From: an uncultured Verrucomicrobiae bacterium
Lineage (GTDB): Bacteria > Verrucomicrobiota > Verrucomicrobiia > Chthoniobacterales > UBA10450
DNA length: 64,000 nucleotides
Direction of reading: 5' to 3'
NCBI GenBank assembly: GCA_963735805.1
Contig: CAVTMK010000002.1
Span: forward strand, 416,001-480,000
Made by a program: the position numbers and the translations under genes. The notes under the pieces were generated by a model. It was not told the origin of the DNA. It saw only the letters and a program-made list of their open reading frames with translations, and ran no database searches. Each line of letters starts with the position of its first letter. Position 1 is the first letter of the stretch. Below are positions 39,395-50,305 of the stretch, piece after piece.

Positions 39395-39452
39395 CTCGGA
39401 CAGAATCTGCAATTCTGCGGACAAAACCTGATAGACCTGCCTCGTATAACTC

Positions 39453-40214
39453 ATGGGTTTTAGATGTATCCTTCTCGTTCTCGCCGTTGCGGCAACGGCA
39501 CAGGCTGACTGGACGATTCTATCAAGCACGTCGGAGGCTGGAGGCGGCGGTGTTGTGCACAGACATGTCGTTCTGGAAGACGCCGCCGACAAAGAACGCG
39601 TCGTTGCGGATCTCGCAATCTTTTCGACAAAATCCTGCACGTTGCGCATCCTTCAAAGTGAAGGTGGCGCGGATAATCTCAGCGAAATGATGAGGCACGA
39701 GCAATGTCTGGCGGGAGTGAATGGCGGCTATTTCGATGAAAAGTTTGCACCGATCGGTTTGCGAATTACGAATGGCGAAGTGACCGCGTCACTGAAGCGC
39801 GCGCGGTTAATTACGGGTGTGCTTGTCGCCTCGCCGCGCGGAGTCCAAATTGTGCGCGCGCCGGAATTTTCGAAGCGCCCAGGCATCACCGCAGCAATTC
39901 AGTGCGGGCCGTTTCTAGTAGACCGGACGAAGCCCATTGGAGGTTTGAACAATGCGAATACGGCGCGACGCACGTTTGCGGCGACAACCAGCGGCAATCG
40001 AGCATTACTGGGTGTTTGCTCCCACGTTTCTCTCGCAGAATTGTCGAGGATTCTTGTAACGGCGTCGTTTGCGGACGATTTGAAGATTGAACGCGCGCTG
40101 AATCTGGATGGCGGCTCCTCGAGCGGATTTTGGTTCGCTCGCGAGAACGGCAGTGCCTTTTCAATTCCGGAGCAAAAACAGGTGCGCGATTTTGTAGCAA
40201 TCGTTCCCAGGTAG
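39453..40214 (+). CDS. Phosphodiester glycosidase (NAGPA/DUF2233) family secreted protein
   Basis: Signal peptide, GVNGGYF, QCGPFLV and ALNLDGGSS motifs. Confidence 0.88.
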   Translation: MGFRCILLVLAVAATAQADWTILSSTSEAGGGGVVHRHVVLEDAADKERVVADLAIFSTKSCTLRILQSEGGADNLSEMMRHEQCLAGVNGGYFDEKFAPIGLRITNGEVTASLKRARLITGVLVASPRGVQIVRAPEFSKRPGITAAIQCGPFLVDRTKPIGGLNNANTARRTFAATTSGNRALLGVCSHVSLAELSRILVTASFADDLKIERALNLDGGSSSGFWFARENGSAFSIPEQKQVRDFVAIVPR

Positions 40215-40220
40215 TTCAGC

Positions 40221-40248
40221 CGTCGTTCCGAGCGGGGCGAGGAACCTC
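40221..40248 (+). repeat. TGTCA/CGTC-type palindromic repeat (degenerate)
   Basis: cgtcgttccgagcggggcgaggaacctc resembles 16932-16960. Confidence 0.6.
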
Positions 40249-40299
40249 GCACAGACTGATAAATCACGCTTGGTATCTCGTGTATTTTGAGCTTCGATT

Positions 40300-41106
40300 G
40301 TGATGACAATAATTATTATGCGTACCTTTGGCGGCTTTAGATGTGAGGATAGATTTTTCTACGGCGAGATTCGTGACGACGAAGTTCACGTTTTGAGAAA
40401 TCCGTTCTGGATCAATATCGAATCCACAGGCGAAACTACCAGCCTAACGAATCTCACCATCGATCTTCCGGTTGCGCCATCAAAGTTGATCGCAGTCGGT
40501 TTGAATTATGCAGACCACATTGCGGAAATGAAGCGGACCACTTTGGGCACGCCCTTGATTTGGTTTAAGTCACCAGCCTCATTGTTGCCACACCATGGTA
40601 TGATCGAAATTGCGTTTCCCGAGCACCAAACTGATTTCGAAGCGGAGTTGGCTGTCGTCATTGGCAAGACCGCGAAAAATGTTCCTGCGGAGCGAGCACT
40701 GGATTTTGTCTTCGGTTATACAATTGGTCTCGATATCAGCGATCGGGATCTGCAAAAGACCGAGAAGCAATTTGGTCGCTGCAAATCATTTGATACCTAC
40801 ACGCCGATCGGGCCCTTCGTTTATGCTGACGTGGATGTCAGTGATGTCTCTCTCGAGTTACGACAAAATGGTGAGCTACGCCAAAGCACTCGCACCAGCC
40901 GGATGATCTACTCGGTCGCCCAAATTATTTCGTTCACTAGTCAATCCTTAACACTAATGCCGGGCGATGTAATTCTTACTGGAACACCCGCCGGTGTCGG
41001 GCCGATTCATGCCGGCGATCAATTGGAAACAGCAATCGATAATTGGCCGTATTTGTACAACGGCGTTGCGATCGCTTCACATGCACATGCTACGCACGAG
41101 AAATGA
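40300..41106 (+). CDS. Fumarylacetoacetate hydrolase family protein
   Basis: VGLNYADH, DFEAELAVVIG, DISDRD, KSFDT and GDVILTGTPAGVG motifs; start uncertain. Confidence 0.92.
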   Translation: MMTIIIMRTFGGFRCEDRFFYGEIRDDEVHVLRNPFWINIESTGETTSLTNLTIDLPVAPSKLIAVGLNYADHIAEMKRTTLGTPLIWFKSPASLLPHHGMIEIAFPEHQTDFEAELAVVIGKTAKNVPAERALDFVFGYTIGLDISDRDLQKTEKQFGRCKSFDTYTPIGPFVYADVDVSDVSLELRQNGELRQSTRTSRMIYSVAQIISFTSQSLTLMPGDVILTGTPAGVGPIHAGDQLETAIDNWPYLYNGVAIASHAHATHEK

Positions 41107-41290
41107 TGGAGTTTCGTAACAACACCTCGATATGCTTGCCTTACATCCTCGCTGTAGCGATATTACGAAGTACAGGTAGACAACCCTCCAGGGCAAAAAA
41201 ATGAAAAGTTTTGCTGGACTCGCAAACAGTGATTCTGCGATAACAGGCAACCCTGCCGCAATCGATCAATCACATTCTGATTCAACAATT

Positions 41291-42340
41291 ATGAAAACAT
41301 CATTCATCGCGTTTGTCTGCTCACTAGCGCTCGTACTAACATCCGTGGCTCAATCTCCGCCACCTGTGCAATCTCAGCCCGGGGCTCCCGCCACAAATCC
41401 CGCAGCCCCAGCTACGAATCCCGGAGCTCCTGCGATGAGTCCCGGCGCTCAAGCGCCGACAAATCCCGCCGCGGTGAACCCGGCCGTGCCCGGGCAGTCA
41501 CCCGCGACGAACGTTCCGCCGGGACAACAGCCCGCGATGCCGGGTGCTTCCATCCCCGTCACGCTCAGCCCCGCGCCGGGAGCATCAGGGAGTCCTGCCG
41601 CCGCCACTGCAACGAGCCCTTCGCCCGCCGCCTCTCCCACGGCGGAAGCCCAACCAACAGGGTTTTTCGCGGGCAACTGGTTAATTAGCAAGTTCCACCA
41701 AGGCGGGCCCGTCATGTGGCCGATTCTGATCGTGTCGATTATTGCGCTCACTGTTGTGATCGAACGATGCTTTTGGTGGACTGGCCGATGGTTCCGACGC
41801 GATCCGAAACGCATCGAGAAGGTGTTCACCGCGATTGAAAGCGGCGACGTGGCGGAAGCATCGAGGCTTTCCCGCGGATCGCGTGATCCGGTTTTGCGCA
41901 TGATGTGGAATGGTCTGAATCATCAACACGCTTCGCTGCAGGGCGCATTGCAGGTCGCGGCCGGCATCGAGATCAAGCGGGCTGGTCGATTTTTGGTGGT
42001 GATGGACACGCTTGTTACGCTGGCACCTTTGCTTGGTCTGTTGGGCACGATTACCGGTCTGATCAGATCGTTCAGTTTTCTCGGCAACGAGGAGCTCGCC
42101 GTGCAAGCCGTTACTGGCGGTATTGCAGAAGCCCTTATTGCCACAGCGTGCGGTCTTGGCATCGCGATCTTCGCGTTGATTCCGTTTAACTTTTTCACTT
42201 CCAGAGTGTCTAACCTGGAGTTCGAACTGCAAACAGCAGCCACGAACCTGGAAGTGATGCTGGAAGCACAACATAAGGAACATAAAGGCGTGGAAATCGA
42301 ACACGGTACGCCAGCCGCGGCCACGCGTTCGTCAATCTAG
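41291..42340 (+). CDS. exbB: ExbB/TolQ/MotA proton channel with signal peptide and Pro/Ala-rich N-terminal extension
   Basis: GGPVMWPI, APLLGLLGTITG and GGIAEALIATACGL motifs. Confidence 0.9.
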   Translation: MKTSFIAFVCSLALVLTSVAQSPPPVQSQPGAPATNPAAPATNPGAPAMSPGAQAPTNPAAVNPAVPGQSPATNVPPGQQPAMPGASIPVTLSPAPGASGSPAAATATSPSPAASPTAEAQPTGFFAGNWLISKFHQGGPVMWPILIVSIIALTVVIERCFWWTGRWFRRDPKRIEKVFTAIESGDVAEASRLSRGSRDPVLRMMWNGLNHQHASLQGALQVAAGIEIKRAGRFLVVMDTLVTLAPLLGLLGTITGLIRSFSFLGNEELAVQAVTGGIAEALIATACGLGIAIFALIPFNFFTSRVSNLEFELQTAATNLEVMLEAQHKEHKGVEIEHGTPAAATRSSI

Positions 42341-42350
42341 GAGTTCTCTA

Positions 42351-42788
42351 ATGCAAGTCAGCTCACCTGTTCCTCACAAGAAAGCGCGAATCGAGATCAT
42401 CCCGCTGATCGACATCATGTTCTTTCTGCTTGCCAGTTTCATGATGGTGAGCTTGAGCCAGGTGCACATGAAGGGCATTAAGGTGAACCTGCCCACTGGC
42501 AGCTCGGGCGAAACGCAAACGAAACGTGAATATATCAGCGTCTCGGTTGATAAAGATGGCCATTTTTTCTTCGACAAAAACGAAATGACAGACGCGGATA
42601 TGCAGGCGCGCCTGATACAAGTGCACCAGTCGGATCCTGAAGCAAAGGTGTTCGTCCGCGGCGATCGCGACACTGTTCACGGAAACATCGTTCATTTGCT
42701 CGACATGCTTCGATCGGCGGGATTCTATAAAATCTCATTCGAGATTAAGAGCGAAGCGCTAAAGGGGGTGCCGGGCGCGGGCACGTAA
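42351..42788 (+). CDS. exbD: Biopolymer transporter ExbD, copy 1
   Basis: IEIIPLIDIMFFLL and VRGD motifs. Confidence 0.92.
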   Translation: MQVSSPVPHKKARIEIIPLIDIMFFLLASFMMVSLSQVHMKGIKVNLPTGSSGETQTKREYISVSVDKDGHFFFDKNEMTDADMQARLIQVHQSDPEAKVFVRGDRDTVHGNIVHLLDMLRSAGFYKISFEIKSEALKGVPGAGT

Positions 42789-42794
42789 TTGATT

Positions 42795-43436
42795 ATGGCG
42801 AAGGAAGCACGAGGACCACTGCTTTATCGGCCACCGCAAGCCTGGTATTTCTGGGGCGCTCTTGGCGCCGCAGTAGCGATTCATCTTACCGCTGTTGCGC
42901 TTGCGCAAAAACGGGAGGCCCCGGCTGAAGTTCCTCCGGACATACCGACAGCCGTTGTGGAGGCGACGCTGCAGGCTACTGAAGAACCGACACCGCCACC
43001 GGAAGACATCCCCTTGCCTGAACCACCCCCTCCGCCCGAAATCAAGCCGGAATACGTGGAAGAGACGACGCCTCCCCCGAAGAAGCCGCAGAACCAAAAA
43101 TTCACGCCTATCAAGGCGCCACAAGCTGCTGGTCGTCCCGGCACGCTGTCTATCTCTTCTGCGAAAGCTCTTGCCACCTACGCACCGCGCCCGCAGTACC
43201 CCTATGAGGCGCGCTCGCGACATGTTACGGGCAGCGGTGTGTGCGTCGTTGAGGTTGGCCCAAGTGGCAGCGTAAGCAGCGCTTCGATGGCGCAAAGCAT
43301 TGGAAATCCGATTTTGGACAACGCCGCCCTTAGCGCCTTTCGTCAATGGCGATTTAAGCCAGGATCGGTTTCAAAAGTTAAGATTCCCATCACATTTACG
43401 ATGACAGGCGCTCAGGTACTGAAAATCCGGATTTAA
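42795..43436 (+). CDS. tonB: Energy transducer TonB
   Basis: TM with His (AVAIHL), Pro-rich spacer, PQYPYEAR...LDNAALSAFRQWRFKP. Confidence 0.9.
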   Translation: MAKEARGPLLYRPPQAWYFWGALGAAVAIHLTAVALAQKREAPAEVPPDIPTAVVEATLQATEEPTPPPEDIPLPEPPPPPEIKPEYVEETTPPPKKPQNQKFTPIKAPQAAGRPGTLSISSAKALATYAPRPQYPYEARSRHVTGSGVCVVEVGPSGSVSSASMAQSIGNPILDNAALSAFRQWRFKPGSVSKVKIPITFTMTGAQVLKIRI

Positions 43437-43445
43437 AGTTCAACT

Positions 43446-43916
43446 ATGAGAGTCTCTTCACCTGTTCCGAAGAAGAGAGCACGCATCGAGATCATTCCTT
43501 TGATCGACATCATGTTCTTTCTGCTTGCCAGCTTCATGATGGTGAGTCTGAGCCAGACCCACATGAAAGGAATTCGGGTCAATCTGCCGGCTGCAGTTGC
43601 TCCACCCCCAAGCCAGGTAAAGGACTATGTGTCGATCAAGGTCCGTGAGGGCAATGTGGTTACTTTTGACAATCAAGTTGTGACTGATGATCAAGTGTTG
43701 CCGAGGCTCTTTGAACTTCACCGGGCAAATCCGGAGATTAAGGTCTCGATCAGTGCGGATTTGATGGCTATGCATGGTGACGTGATCGCTGTCCTGGATA
43801 AGGTGCGGTCCGCTGGAATTACCAAGGTTGGGTACCAGATTCGAGCGGCAGGTGCTCAGGCCGCTCCGCCTCCGGGAGCGCCGCCGCCGCCTCCTCCTCC
43901 CGCCCCGAAGCCCTAG
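43446..43916 (+). CDS. exbD: Biopolymer transporter ExbD, copy 2
   Basis: IEIIPLIDIMFFLL motif; poly-Pro tail. Confidence 0.92.
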   Translation: MRVSSPVPKKRARIEIIPLIDIMFFLLASFMMVSLSQTHMKGIRVNLPAAVAPPPSQVKDYVSIKVREGNVVTFDNQVVTDDQVLPRLFELHRANPEIKVSISADLMAMHGDVIAVLDKVRSAGITKVGYQIRAAGAQAAPPPGAPPPPPPPAPKP

Positions 43917-44521
43917 ACTTCGTCGCGGAGCGTGGGCAGTCGGGTCTTCAATTTGTGGAGCGCTTGTGCCCGATGACTGATACTGTCTTTCACTTTTCCG
44001 GGCAGTTCAGCAAAAGTTTCTTCGAATCCATCTGGAATAAAGATCGGGTCGTAGCCAAATCCGTGTGAGCCTCCAGCTACTTCGGCGATTTTGCCGTCTA
44101 CAATTCCTTCGACCGTCTCGACGACCTTGCCATCGCGTGCAACCGCCAGCACGCAACGAAATCGAGCGAAACGTTGATCGCCTTTCGCGTGAACTTTCGC
44201 GAGTTCGCTCAATAACTTGCTGATTTTCTCTTCGTCTGTCGCATTCGCGCCGCCGTAACGCGCCGAATGAATCCCGGGACCGCCACCAAGCGCATCAACT
44301 TCCAGTCCGGAATCATCCGCGATAATCAATCCGGGCAGTTTCCGCGAAACTGTGACCGCTTTCAAAATTGCATTTTCTTCGTATGAACTACCACTTTCAT
44401 CTATCTCAGCGACTTCATCGCTGTTGGAGAGACCGCGAATCCTGAACTTCGGACCGAGAATTCGCTCGATCTCATGGAGCTTGTGCGCATTGCGCGTAGC
44501 GAGAATCAATTGCATACGCAT
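43913..44521 (-). CDS. rdgB: Non-canonical purine NTP pyrophosphatase (RdgB/HAM1)
   Basis: ATRNAHK, ADDSGL, GFGYDPIF and SHR motifs. Confidence 0.95.
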   Translation of the reverse strand: MRMQLILATRNAHKLHEIERILGPKFRIRGLSNSDEVAEIDESGSSYEENAILKAVTVSRKLPGLIIADDSGLEVDALGGGPGIHSARYGGANATDEEKISKLLSELAKVHAKGDQRFARFRCVLAVARDGKVVETVEGIVDGKIAEVAGGSHGFGYDPIFIPDGFEETFAELPGKVKDSISHRAQALHKLKTRLPTLRDEV

Positions 44522-44574
44522 TCGACACGATTCAGGATAAACGACTAATCAACATTTAGATTTGCCATTAGACT

Positions 44575-47124
44575 GTGAACGAACGCCGCAAACCGTATCC
44601 ATTCGACCAATTCGAACCAAAATGGCAAGCCATCTGGGAAGACCGGCAGTTTTTTCACGCCGCCAATCCCGATGAAAAGGGTTTCGATCCCGCGAAGCCG
44701 AAATTTTACGTCCTCGACATGTTTCCGTATCCGAGCGGCGCTGGCCTGCATGTCGGCCATCCCGAAGGTTATACCGCCACTGACATCATCGCTCGTTACA
44801 AACGCTTGTGCGGATTCAACGTCTTGCATCCGATGGGTTGGGACGCATTCGGTCTTCCAGCGGAGCAATACGCGATCAAAAGCGGCCAGCACCCGGCAAT
44901 CACCACGCGCGAAAACGTAGCGAAATTCAAGAAACAGCTTAAGCGAATTGGGTTCTCGTATGACTGGCAGCGCGAAATCAACACGACCGATCCAGGTTAT
45001 TACAAATGGACGCAGTGGATTTTTCTCCAGATTTACAATTCCTGGTTCAATCCCACCACAAATAAAGCGGAACCTATTTCGACATATCGCGGCAAGAATC
45101 CGGACGAAGTTCGTCTTGCGTACGTTGCTAGCGTGCCAGTGAATTGGTGCCCGGAACTGGGCACTGTTTTGGCCAACGAAGAAGTCGTTGATGGAAAAAG
45201 CGAAGTTGGCGGGTTCCCTGTTGTGCGTCGCCCCATGCGTCAATGGACGTTGCGAATTACCGCGTACGCAGAGCGACTGTTGAATGAACTGGACGGATTG
45301 GATTGGCCTGAAGGAATCAAGTTGCTCCAGCGAAACTGGATTGGAAAAAGCGAAGGCGCAGAGATCGATTTCAAGATCGAAAACAGCGACGAAAAGGTCC
45401 GAGTTTTCACGACACGCCCCGATACACTTTACGGCGGAACATTTTTGGTGGTCGCACCTGAACATTCGCTTGTCGATCTAATTGTCACCGAGGAGCAATG
45501 GCCTGCGGTCCGTGATTATCGCGAACGGACCGCGCGTAAAAGCGATCTGGAACGCGCCGATCTCTCAAAAGATAAAACCGGCATCTTCACTGGTGCGTAC
45601 GCGATCAATCCTGCGACCAGCCAAAAGATTCCAATCTGGATCGCTGATTATGTGCTGATTGGTTACGGGACCGGCGCGATCGGTGGCGTGCCCGCGCACG
45701 ACGAACGCGATTTGGAATTCGCGAAAAAGTTCGATCTGCCAGTTGTGGTAGTCGTTCAGCCAACGGGAGATGAACCTGCATTTGGTTTCACTGGTGAGGG
45801 CATTGCCATCAATTCTCCAGTCATCAACGGCCTAACAAGCGCAGAAGCAAAGAAAAAAATCACAGCCTGGCTGGGGGAGCGCGGTCAGGGAAAACGCGCG
45901 ATCAATTACAAATTGCGCGACTGGCTTTTTTCACGGCAACGTTACTGGGGCGAACCATTCCCGATTATCTGGGAAGATGGAAATCATCGTTCGTTGGGCG
46001 AGGCCGAACTGCCAGTCGTGCCGCCGCCGCTGGAAGATTACAAGCCCACTGGAACCGGGGAACCACCTCTTTCAAAGGCGAAAGATTGGATTCGTTATTC
46101 ACAAAAAGCGACACGCGAAACCAATGTCATGCCGCAATGGGCCGGCTCGTGTTGGTACTACTTGCGATTCTGCGATCCGCACAACGATCGGCGTTTCGTA
46201 GGCGAAGAGCCCGAGCGCTACTGGATGGGAAGCAAAAAATCCGGTGGTGTCGATTTGTACGTTGGCGGCACCGAGCATGCTGTCCTGCACCTGCTTTATG
46301 CACGCTTCTGGCAAAAGGTATTGTTCGATCTCGGTTATGTTTCGAAGCCGGAGCCGTTTCAGCGGCTGGTCAATCAGGGGGTAATTCTTGGTGAAGATAA
46401 TCAGAAAATGTCGAAATCGCGCGGCAATATCGTTAATCCCGACGACGTAATTGATCAGTACGGCGCCGACGCCTTTCGCTGTTACGAGATGTTTATGGGT
46501 CCCCTGGAGCAAATGAAACCCTGGAGCATGCGCGGCGTGGAAGGTGTGTCGCGTTTTCTCGCGCGTGTCTGGCGTTTGTTGATGACCGAGAACCAGGCAG
46601 GCGAGTGGGAATTGTCGGCGAAAATCAAGGAGATCGACGCAGACAAGTCACAGCAGAAGGTAACCCATGCAACCATCAAGAAAGTCACTGGGGACATCGA
46701 GTCATTCTCGTTTAACACGGCAATTTCTCAGATGATGATTTTCGTAAATGCGTTCACTGGTGCCGAAGCCATTCCGTTGTCATCGATGCGCGGCTTTTTG
46801 GTTCTGCTCTGCCCGTTCGCGCCGCATATTGCCTCCGAGTTATGGGAAAATTTGAACGCGAGGTTTACCGACGTACGCGGCGATATCGCCGGACAGCATT
46901 GGCCCAGCTATAATGAGCGGCTCCTTGTCGAGGATGAAGTGGAAATCGTCCTTCAAATTAACGGAAAGCTGCGTGATCGAATGAAGATGTCGATTCTTGC
47001 AACCGAGGAAGAAATGAAAACTGCCGCGTTGTCGAATCCGAAGATCCAAGAACGCATTGCTCGAAAAACTGTCCGCAAGCTGGTCACGGTTCCGAAAAAG
47101 CTTGTAAATATTGTCGTCGATTAG
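44575..47124 (+). CDS. leuS: Leucine--tRNA ligase
   Basis: [33 protein letters not shown] and KMSKS motifs. Confidence 0.98.
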   Translation: MNERRKPYPFDQFEPKWQAIWEDRQFFHAANPDEKGFDPAKPKFYVLDMFPYPSGAGLHVGHPEGYTATDIIARYKRLCGFNVLHPMGWDAFGLPAEQYAIKSGQHPAITTRENVAKFKKQLKRIGFSYDWQREINTTDPGYYKWTQWIFLQIYNSWFNPTTNKAEPISTYRGKNPDEVRLAYVASVPVNWCPELGTVLANEEVVDGKSEVGGFPVVRRPMRQWTLRITAYAERLLNELDGLDWPEGIKLLQRNWIGKSEGAEIDFKIENSDEKVRVFTTRPDTLYGGTFLVVAPEHSLVDLIVTEEQWPAVRDYRERTARKSDLERADLSKDKTGIFTGAYAINPATSQKIPIWIADYVLIGYGTGAIGGVPAHDERDLEFAKKFDLPVVVVVQPTGDEPAFGFTGEGIAINSPVINGLTSAEAKKKITAWLGERGQGKRAINYKLRDWLFSRQRYWGEPFPIIWEDGNHRSLGEAELPVVPPPLEDYKPTGTGEPPLSKAKDWIRYSQKATRETNVMPQWAGSCWYYLRFCDPHNDRRFVGEEPERYWMGSKKSGGVDLYVGGTEHAVLHLLYARFWQKVLFDLGYVSKPEPFQRLVNQGVILGEDNQKMSKSRGNIVNPDDVIDQYGADAFRCYEMFMGPLEQMKPWSMRGVEGVSRFLARVWRLLMTENQAGEWELSAKIKEIDADKSQQKVTHATIKKVTGDIESFSFNTAISQMMIFVNAFTGAEAIPLSSMRGFLVLLCPFAPHIASELWENLNARFTDVRGDIAGQHWPSYNERLLVEDEVEIVLQINGKLRDRMKMSILATEEEMKTAALSNPKIQERIARKTVRKLVTVPKKLVNIVVD

Positions 47125-47138
47125 TTGGATGAAAGGGC

Positions 47139-47597
47139 ATGTGGAAGGAATTTAAGGAGTTCGCGGTTAAAGGGAATGCCGTCGATCTCGCGGTGGGGGT
47201 GATTATCGGCGCGGCCTTTGGCGGAATTATTAATTCACTCGTCAAAGACATTCTCATGCCGCCGGTCGGGTTGCTTACCGGTGGCCTCGATTTCTCAAAC
47301 AACTTTCTCATCCTTAAGAACGCACCCAGCGGGGGCTCCTTTCATACTCCCGCCGATGCCGCCAAGGCAGGGGCAGTGACTTGGAACTATGGAAATTTTA
47401 TTACTCTCGTGATCAATTTCATCATCGTCGCCGTCTGTATTTTTCTGGTGGTTAAAGCGATGAACAAGTTGAAAAGGCCGTCGCCAACTGCCGCGCCGGT
47501 TTCGAAGGAATGCCCGGCTTGCGCAATGACGATCCCGATCAAGGCGACACGTTGTCCGCATTGCACTAGTGAACTCTCGCAGTCTGCCGCACGTTAG
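47139..47597 (+). CDS. mscL: Large-conductance mechanosensitive channel with C-terminal zinc-ribbon
   Basis: [29 protein letters not shown]...CPHC tail. Confidence 0.95.
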   Translation: MWKEFKEFAVKGNAVDLAVGVIIGAAFGGIINSLVKDILMPPVGLLTGGLDFSNNFLILKNAPSGGSFHTPADAAKAGAVTWNYGNFITLVINFIIVAVCIFLVVKAMNKLKRPSPTAAPVSKECPACAMTIPIKATRCPHCTSELSQSAAR

Positions 47598-47706
47598 GTG
47601 TAGTTGGCATCGAGGGTACCTCTTTAAAGTCTGCTGTTCCCGCCCTAGGGAAATTTTGTAAATTATTGCTTGCCCTTGGCGGCCTCGGCTGTTATGGAGA
47701 CCGCCA

Positions 47707-48228
47707 ATGCCAAACCGCCTTAACCTTGCGGTGGCAGCAGCTGGCGCCTGTTTAATTGTTGGCTGTGCCACACAAACAAATCCAAATCTTAGTGGCGGAC
47801 GGCGCATACCAAACGTGCGCACTACCGCTTATACCCATACTGAGGGCAGCGGATGCCACAATGCAATCGGTTCTCGCCTCGCCGGGAGCAAAGTAATGAG
47901 CGCTGCGTCTGATTGGTCGCGTTATCCGCTCGGCACCCGGTTTCGCATCTCTGCGACGAACGAGGAATACATTATCGACGATTACGGATGGGCGCTGGTT
48001 GGGACTGATACAATCGACTTATATAAGCCTAGCCGACTGGAAATGAAGCGCTGGGGCGTTCGCCGCGTGGACATTGAGATCCTGGAGTGGGGATCGGACG
48101 AACAAAGTCTCAAAGTGCTCGGGCCGCGTTGCAAACATCGCCGAGTCCAGCAGATGGTAACAGCTCTTGAGAAAAAAAAGGGGAAAACAACAGTCGCGCA
48201 AACTTCCCCCCCTCGCAGCTCACTTTGA
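47707..48228 (+). CDS. 3D-domain lipoprotein
   Basis: Lipobox LIVGC; TTAY, AASD...PLGT, DDYG and IDLY motifs. Confidence 0.85.
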   Translation: MPNRLNLAVAAAGACLIVGCATQTNPNLSGGRRIPNVRTTAYTHTEGSGCHNAIGSRLAGSKVMSAASDWSRYPLGTRFRISATNEEYIIDDYGWALVGTDTIDLYKPSRLEMKRWGVRRVDIEILEWGSDEQSLKVLGPRCKHRRVQQMVTALEKKKGKTTVAQTSPPRSSL

Positions 48229-48261
48229 TTTAAGGCCAATCGCGCCGCATTTTCCCGGTGC

Positions 48262-49233
48262 ATGAGAATTTTTGTTGTCGGCGGCGCAGGCTACATCGGA
48301 AGCGTTTGCGCCGAACTGTTATTAAATGAGGGCCACGAAGTTTCCGTCTTCGATAATCTTACGGAAGGCCACCGGCGCGCCGTCGATCCACGCGCTAACT
48401 TGATTCAAGGCGAACTGACCGATCGTGCGCAGATCCAGGCTGCGCTTTCCGGTGACCGCCCGGACGCCGTCATGCATTTCGCGGCAAATGCGCTCGTCAG
48501 TGAATCAATGCGGGATCCATCAAAGTATTTCCGAAACAATATTTGCAACGGTTTGAACCTGCTCGATTCGATGGTGGCGGCGCGCGTCCAGCGACTCGTT
48601 TTTTCCTCGACATGCGCGATTTTCGGGCTGCCCGAGCAGCTGCCAATCGAGGAAACGACGCCGGCGCGTCCAATCAATCCATACGGCGAGTCGAAACTCG
48701 CTTTCGAAAAAGTCCTGCACTGGTACGATCGAATCCATGGATTAAAGTTCGTCTCATTGCGTTACTTTAACGCAGCCGGCGCCACGGAGAACTTCGGTGA
48801 AGATCATCGGCAGGAGACACATTTGATTCCCAACGTGCTCAAGGTTGCGCTGGACCAAAAACCGAACGTTGAAGTTTACGGTACTGATTACGAGACGCCC
48901 GATGGAACATGTATTCGCGACTACATACACATTGTGGATTTGGCGCGGGCACATATCCTGGCGCTTGGGGCCGTGGACAGCGCATTTTACAATCTCGGTA
49001 CGGGAGGCGGTTCGAGTGTCCGCGAAGTAATTGCAGCGTGCGCGAAAATCGCCGGGCGAAAGATCGCCACAATTGAAAAGCCGCGGCGGCCAGGCGATCC
49101 ACCCCGGCTCATCGCGTCTTCGGAAAAGATCAAGCGAGAGCTCGGTTGGAGACCGCAGTTCCAGTCACTGGAGACGATCATCGAGAGCGCTTGGAAATGG
49201 CACGAGAAATTTCCGCGCGGCTACGAGGATTAA
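48262..49233 (+). CDS. galE: UDP-glucose 4-epimerase
   Basis: GGAGYIGS, YGESK, LRYFNAAGA and DGTCIRDYIH motifs. Confidence 0.95.
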   Translation: MRIFVVGGAGYIGSVCAELLLNEGHEVSVFDNLTEGHRRAVDPRANLIQGELTDRAQIQAALSGDRPDAVMHFAANALVSESMRDPSKYFRNNICNGLNLLDSMVAARVQRLVFSSTCAIFGLPEQLPIEETTPARPINPYGESKLAFEKVLHWYDRIHGLKFVSLRYFNAAGATENFGEDHRQETHLIPNVLKVALDQKPNVEVYGTDYETPDGTCIRDYIHIVDLARAHILALGAVDSAFYNLGTGGGSSVREVIAACAKIAGRKIATIEKPRRPGDPPRLIASSEKIKRELGWRPQFQSLETIIESAWKWHEKFPRGYED

Positions 49234-50222
49234 GGACTAAAAAATTCCGGATCCTGCTGCAAGCCGCGATTAACCAACTTGGAATCGGCGTGCAAGGCTT
49301 CGGTTAGAGCAGCCTGAACGACTGCAGTCTCCAGGTCATTAACGTTGCCGCTTCGCGCACGAAGCACTTCAACATTCTCGTTCCTGGGCGCCCAGACGTT
49401 GGGATTAGTCGGACCAAACAGCAAAATGCAATTTGCGCCCGCGGCCGCGGCCACGTGCGAGATTCCGCTGTCGTGCCCAATGAAGATTGAGTGCTCGAGC
49501 GCCCCGGCTAGATGAGACAGCGGCAAATTTTTTGCGAAACGGATCTCCTGGTTCTTCCAAGTGTGTTCCAAGTGCGCAGATTGCTCTTTGTCTGCTTCGC
49601 CTGAAACGACGAATAGAGAAGGACGTTTTTCGATGTGCCAATGTTCTGTTGAGAATAGCTCGATCCAATTTTGCAGCGGCCAGTTCTTTTCCTTGCTGCC
49701 GCTTCCGGGATGAATAGCGATTAACGGTTGTGATGAATCCTTGAGAAATTTCCGGGCGAACTCACGATCTTCTTCGGAGAGGAAAATTTTTTCAGAAAGA
49801 TCGACAACTCTAATTCCGAGTTCTTCGATGGGTCGCGCAAGCTGTCGCGCGGCATGGCCGCCCGTTTCGACGATCTTGGCGGGCCCGCGAACAAGGTTTT
49901 CGACGCCACACCGGCGAAGATTGCTTTCGAAGATTCGATCCGGATCATACAGGTAACTGATGATCAAATCGAAACTCGCGAAGTAACCTGCCAGTTCTGC
50001 GGACAGTTCCGAGTTTGCAGCGAAGAAGCCCGAGAGCGGTCCGTATTCGATGGAGCGAACAGCTTGTGCGTAGAAGCGGTTTTCAGCGACTGCTGCGATG
50101 TGCTTGTAACCAAGAATCTCGATGTGCGCATCAGGATAGGCCTCACGGAGCGCTTTAAGCGTTGGCAGGGTCAGAATAAAATCGCCAATCGCGCCGCCGC
50201 GGATTACCAGAATGCGATTCAT
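49230..50222 (-). CDS. Glycosyltransferase family 9 (heptosyltransferase-like)
   Basis: RGGAIGD, HPGSGS.EKNWP, GHDSGISHVAAA and LFGPT motifs. Confidence 0.92.
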   Translation of the reverse strand: MNRILVIRGGAIGDFILTLPTLKALREAYPDAHIEILGYKHIAAVAENRFYAQAVRSIEYGPLSGFFAANSELSAELAGYFASFDLIISYLYDPDRIFESNLRRCGVENLVRGPAKIVETGGHAARQLARPIEELGIRVVDLSEKIFLSEEDREFARKFLKDSSQPLIAIHPGSGSKEKNWPLQNWIELFSTEHWHIEKRPSLFVVSGEADKEQSAHLEHTWKNQEIRFAKNLPLSHLAGALEHSIFIGHDSGISHVAAAAGANCILLFGPTNPNVWAPRNENVEVLRARSGNVNDLETAVVQAALTEALHADSKLVNRGLQQDPEFFSP

Positions 50223-50305
50223 ACCTTCAGCCGCCGCCCAATGGCCGTTTAGAAGAGCCAGCGTTGGCTGGTCCACAGATCGATCGGTACCAACCAAACC
50301 TTGGT

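Noticed and set aside
44545..45465. Long antisense ORFs (also 12316-12945, 29924-30568, 51235-52095, 59260-59967)
   Set aside because: They are shadows of well-supported genes on the opposite strand and show no recognisable motifs.
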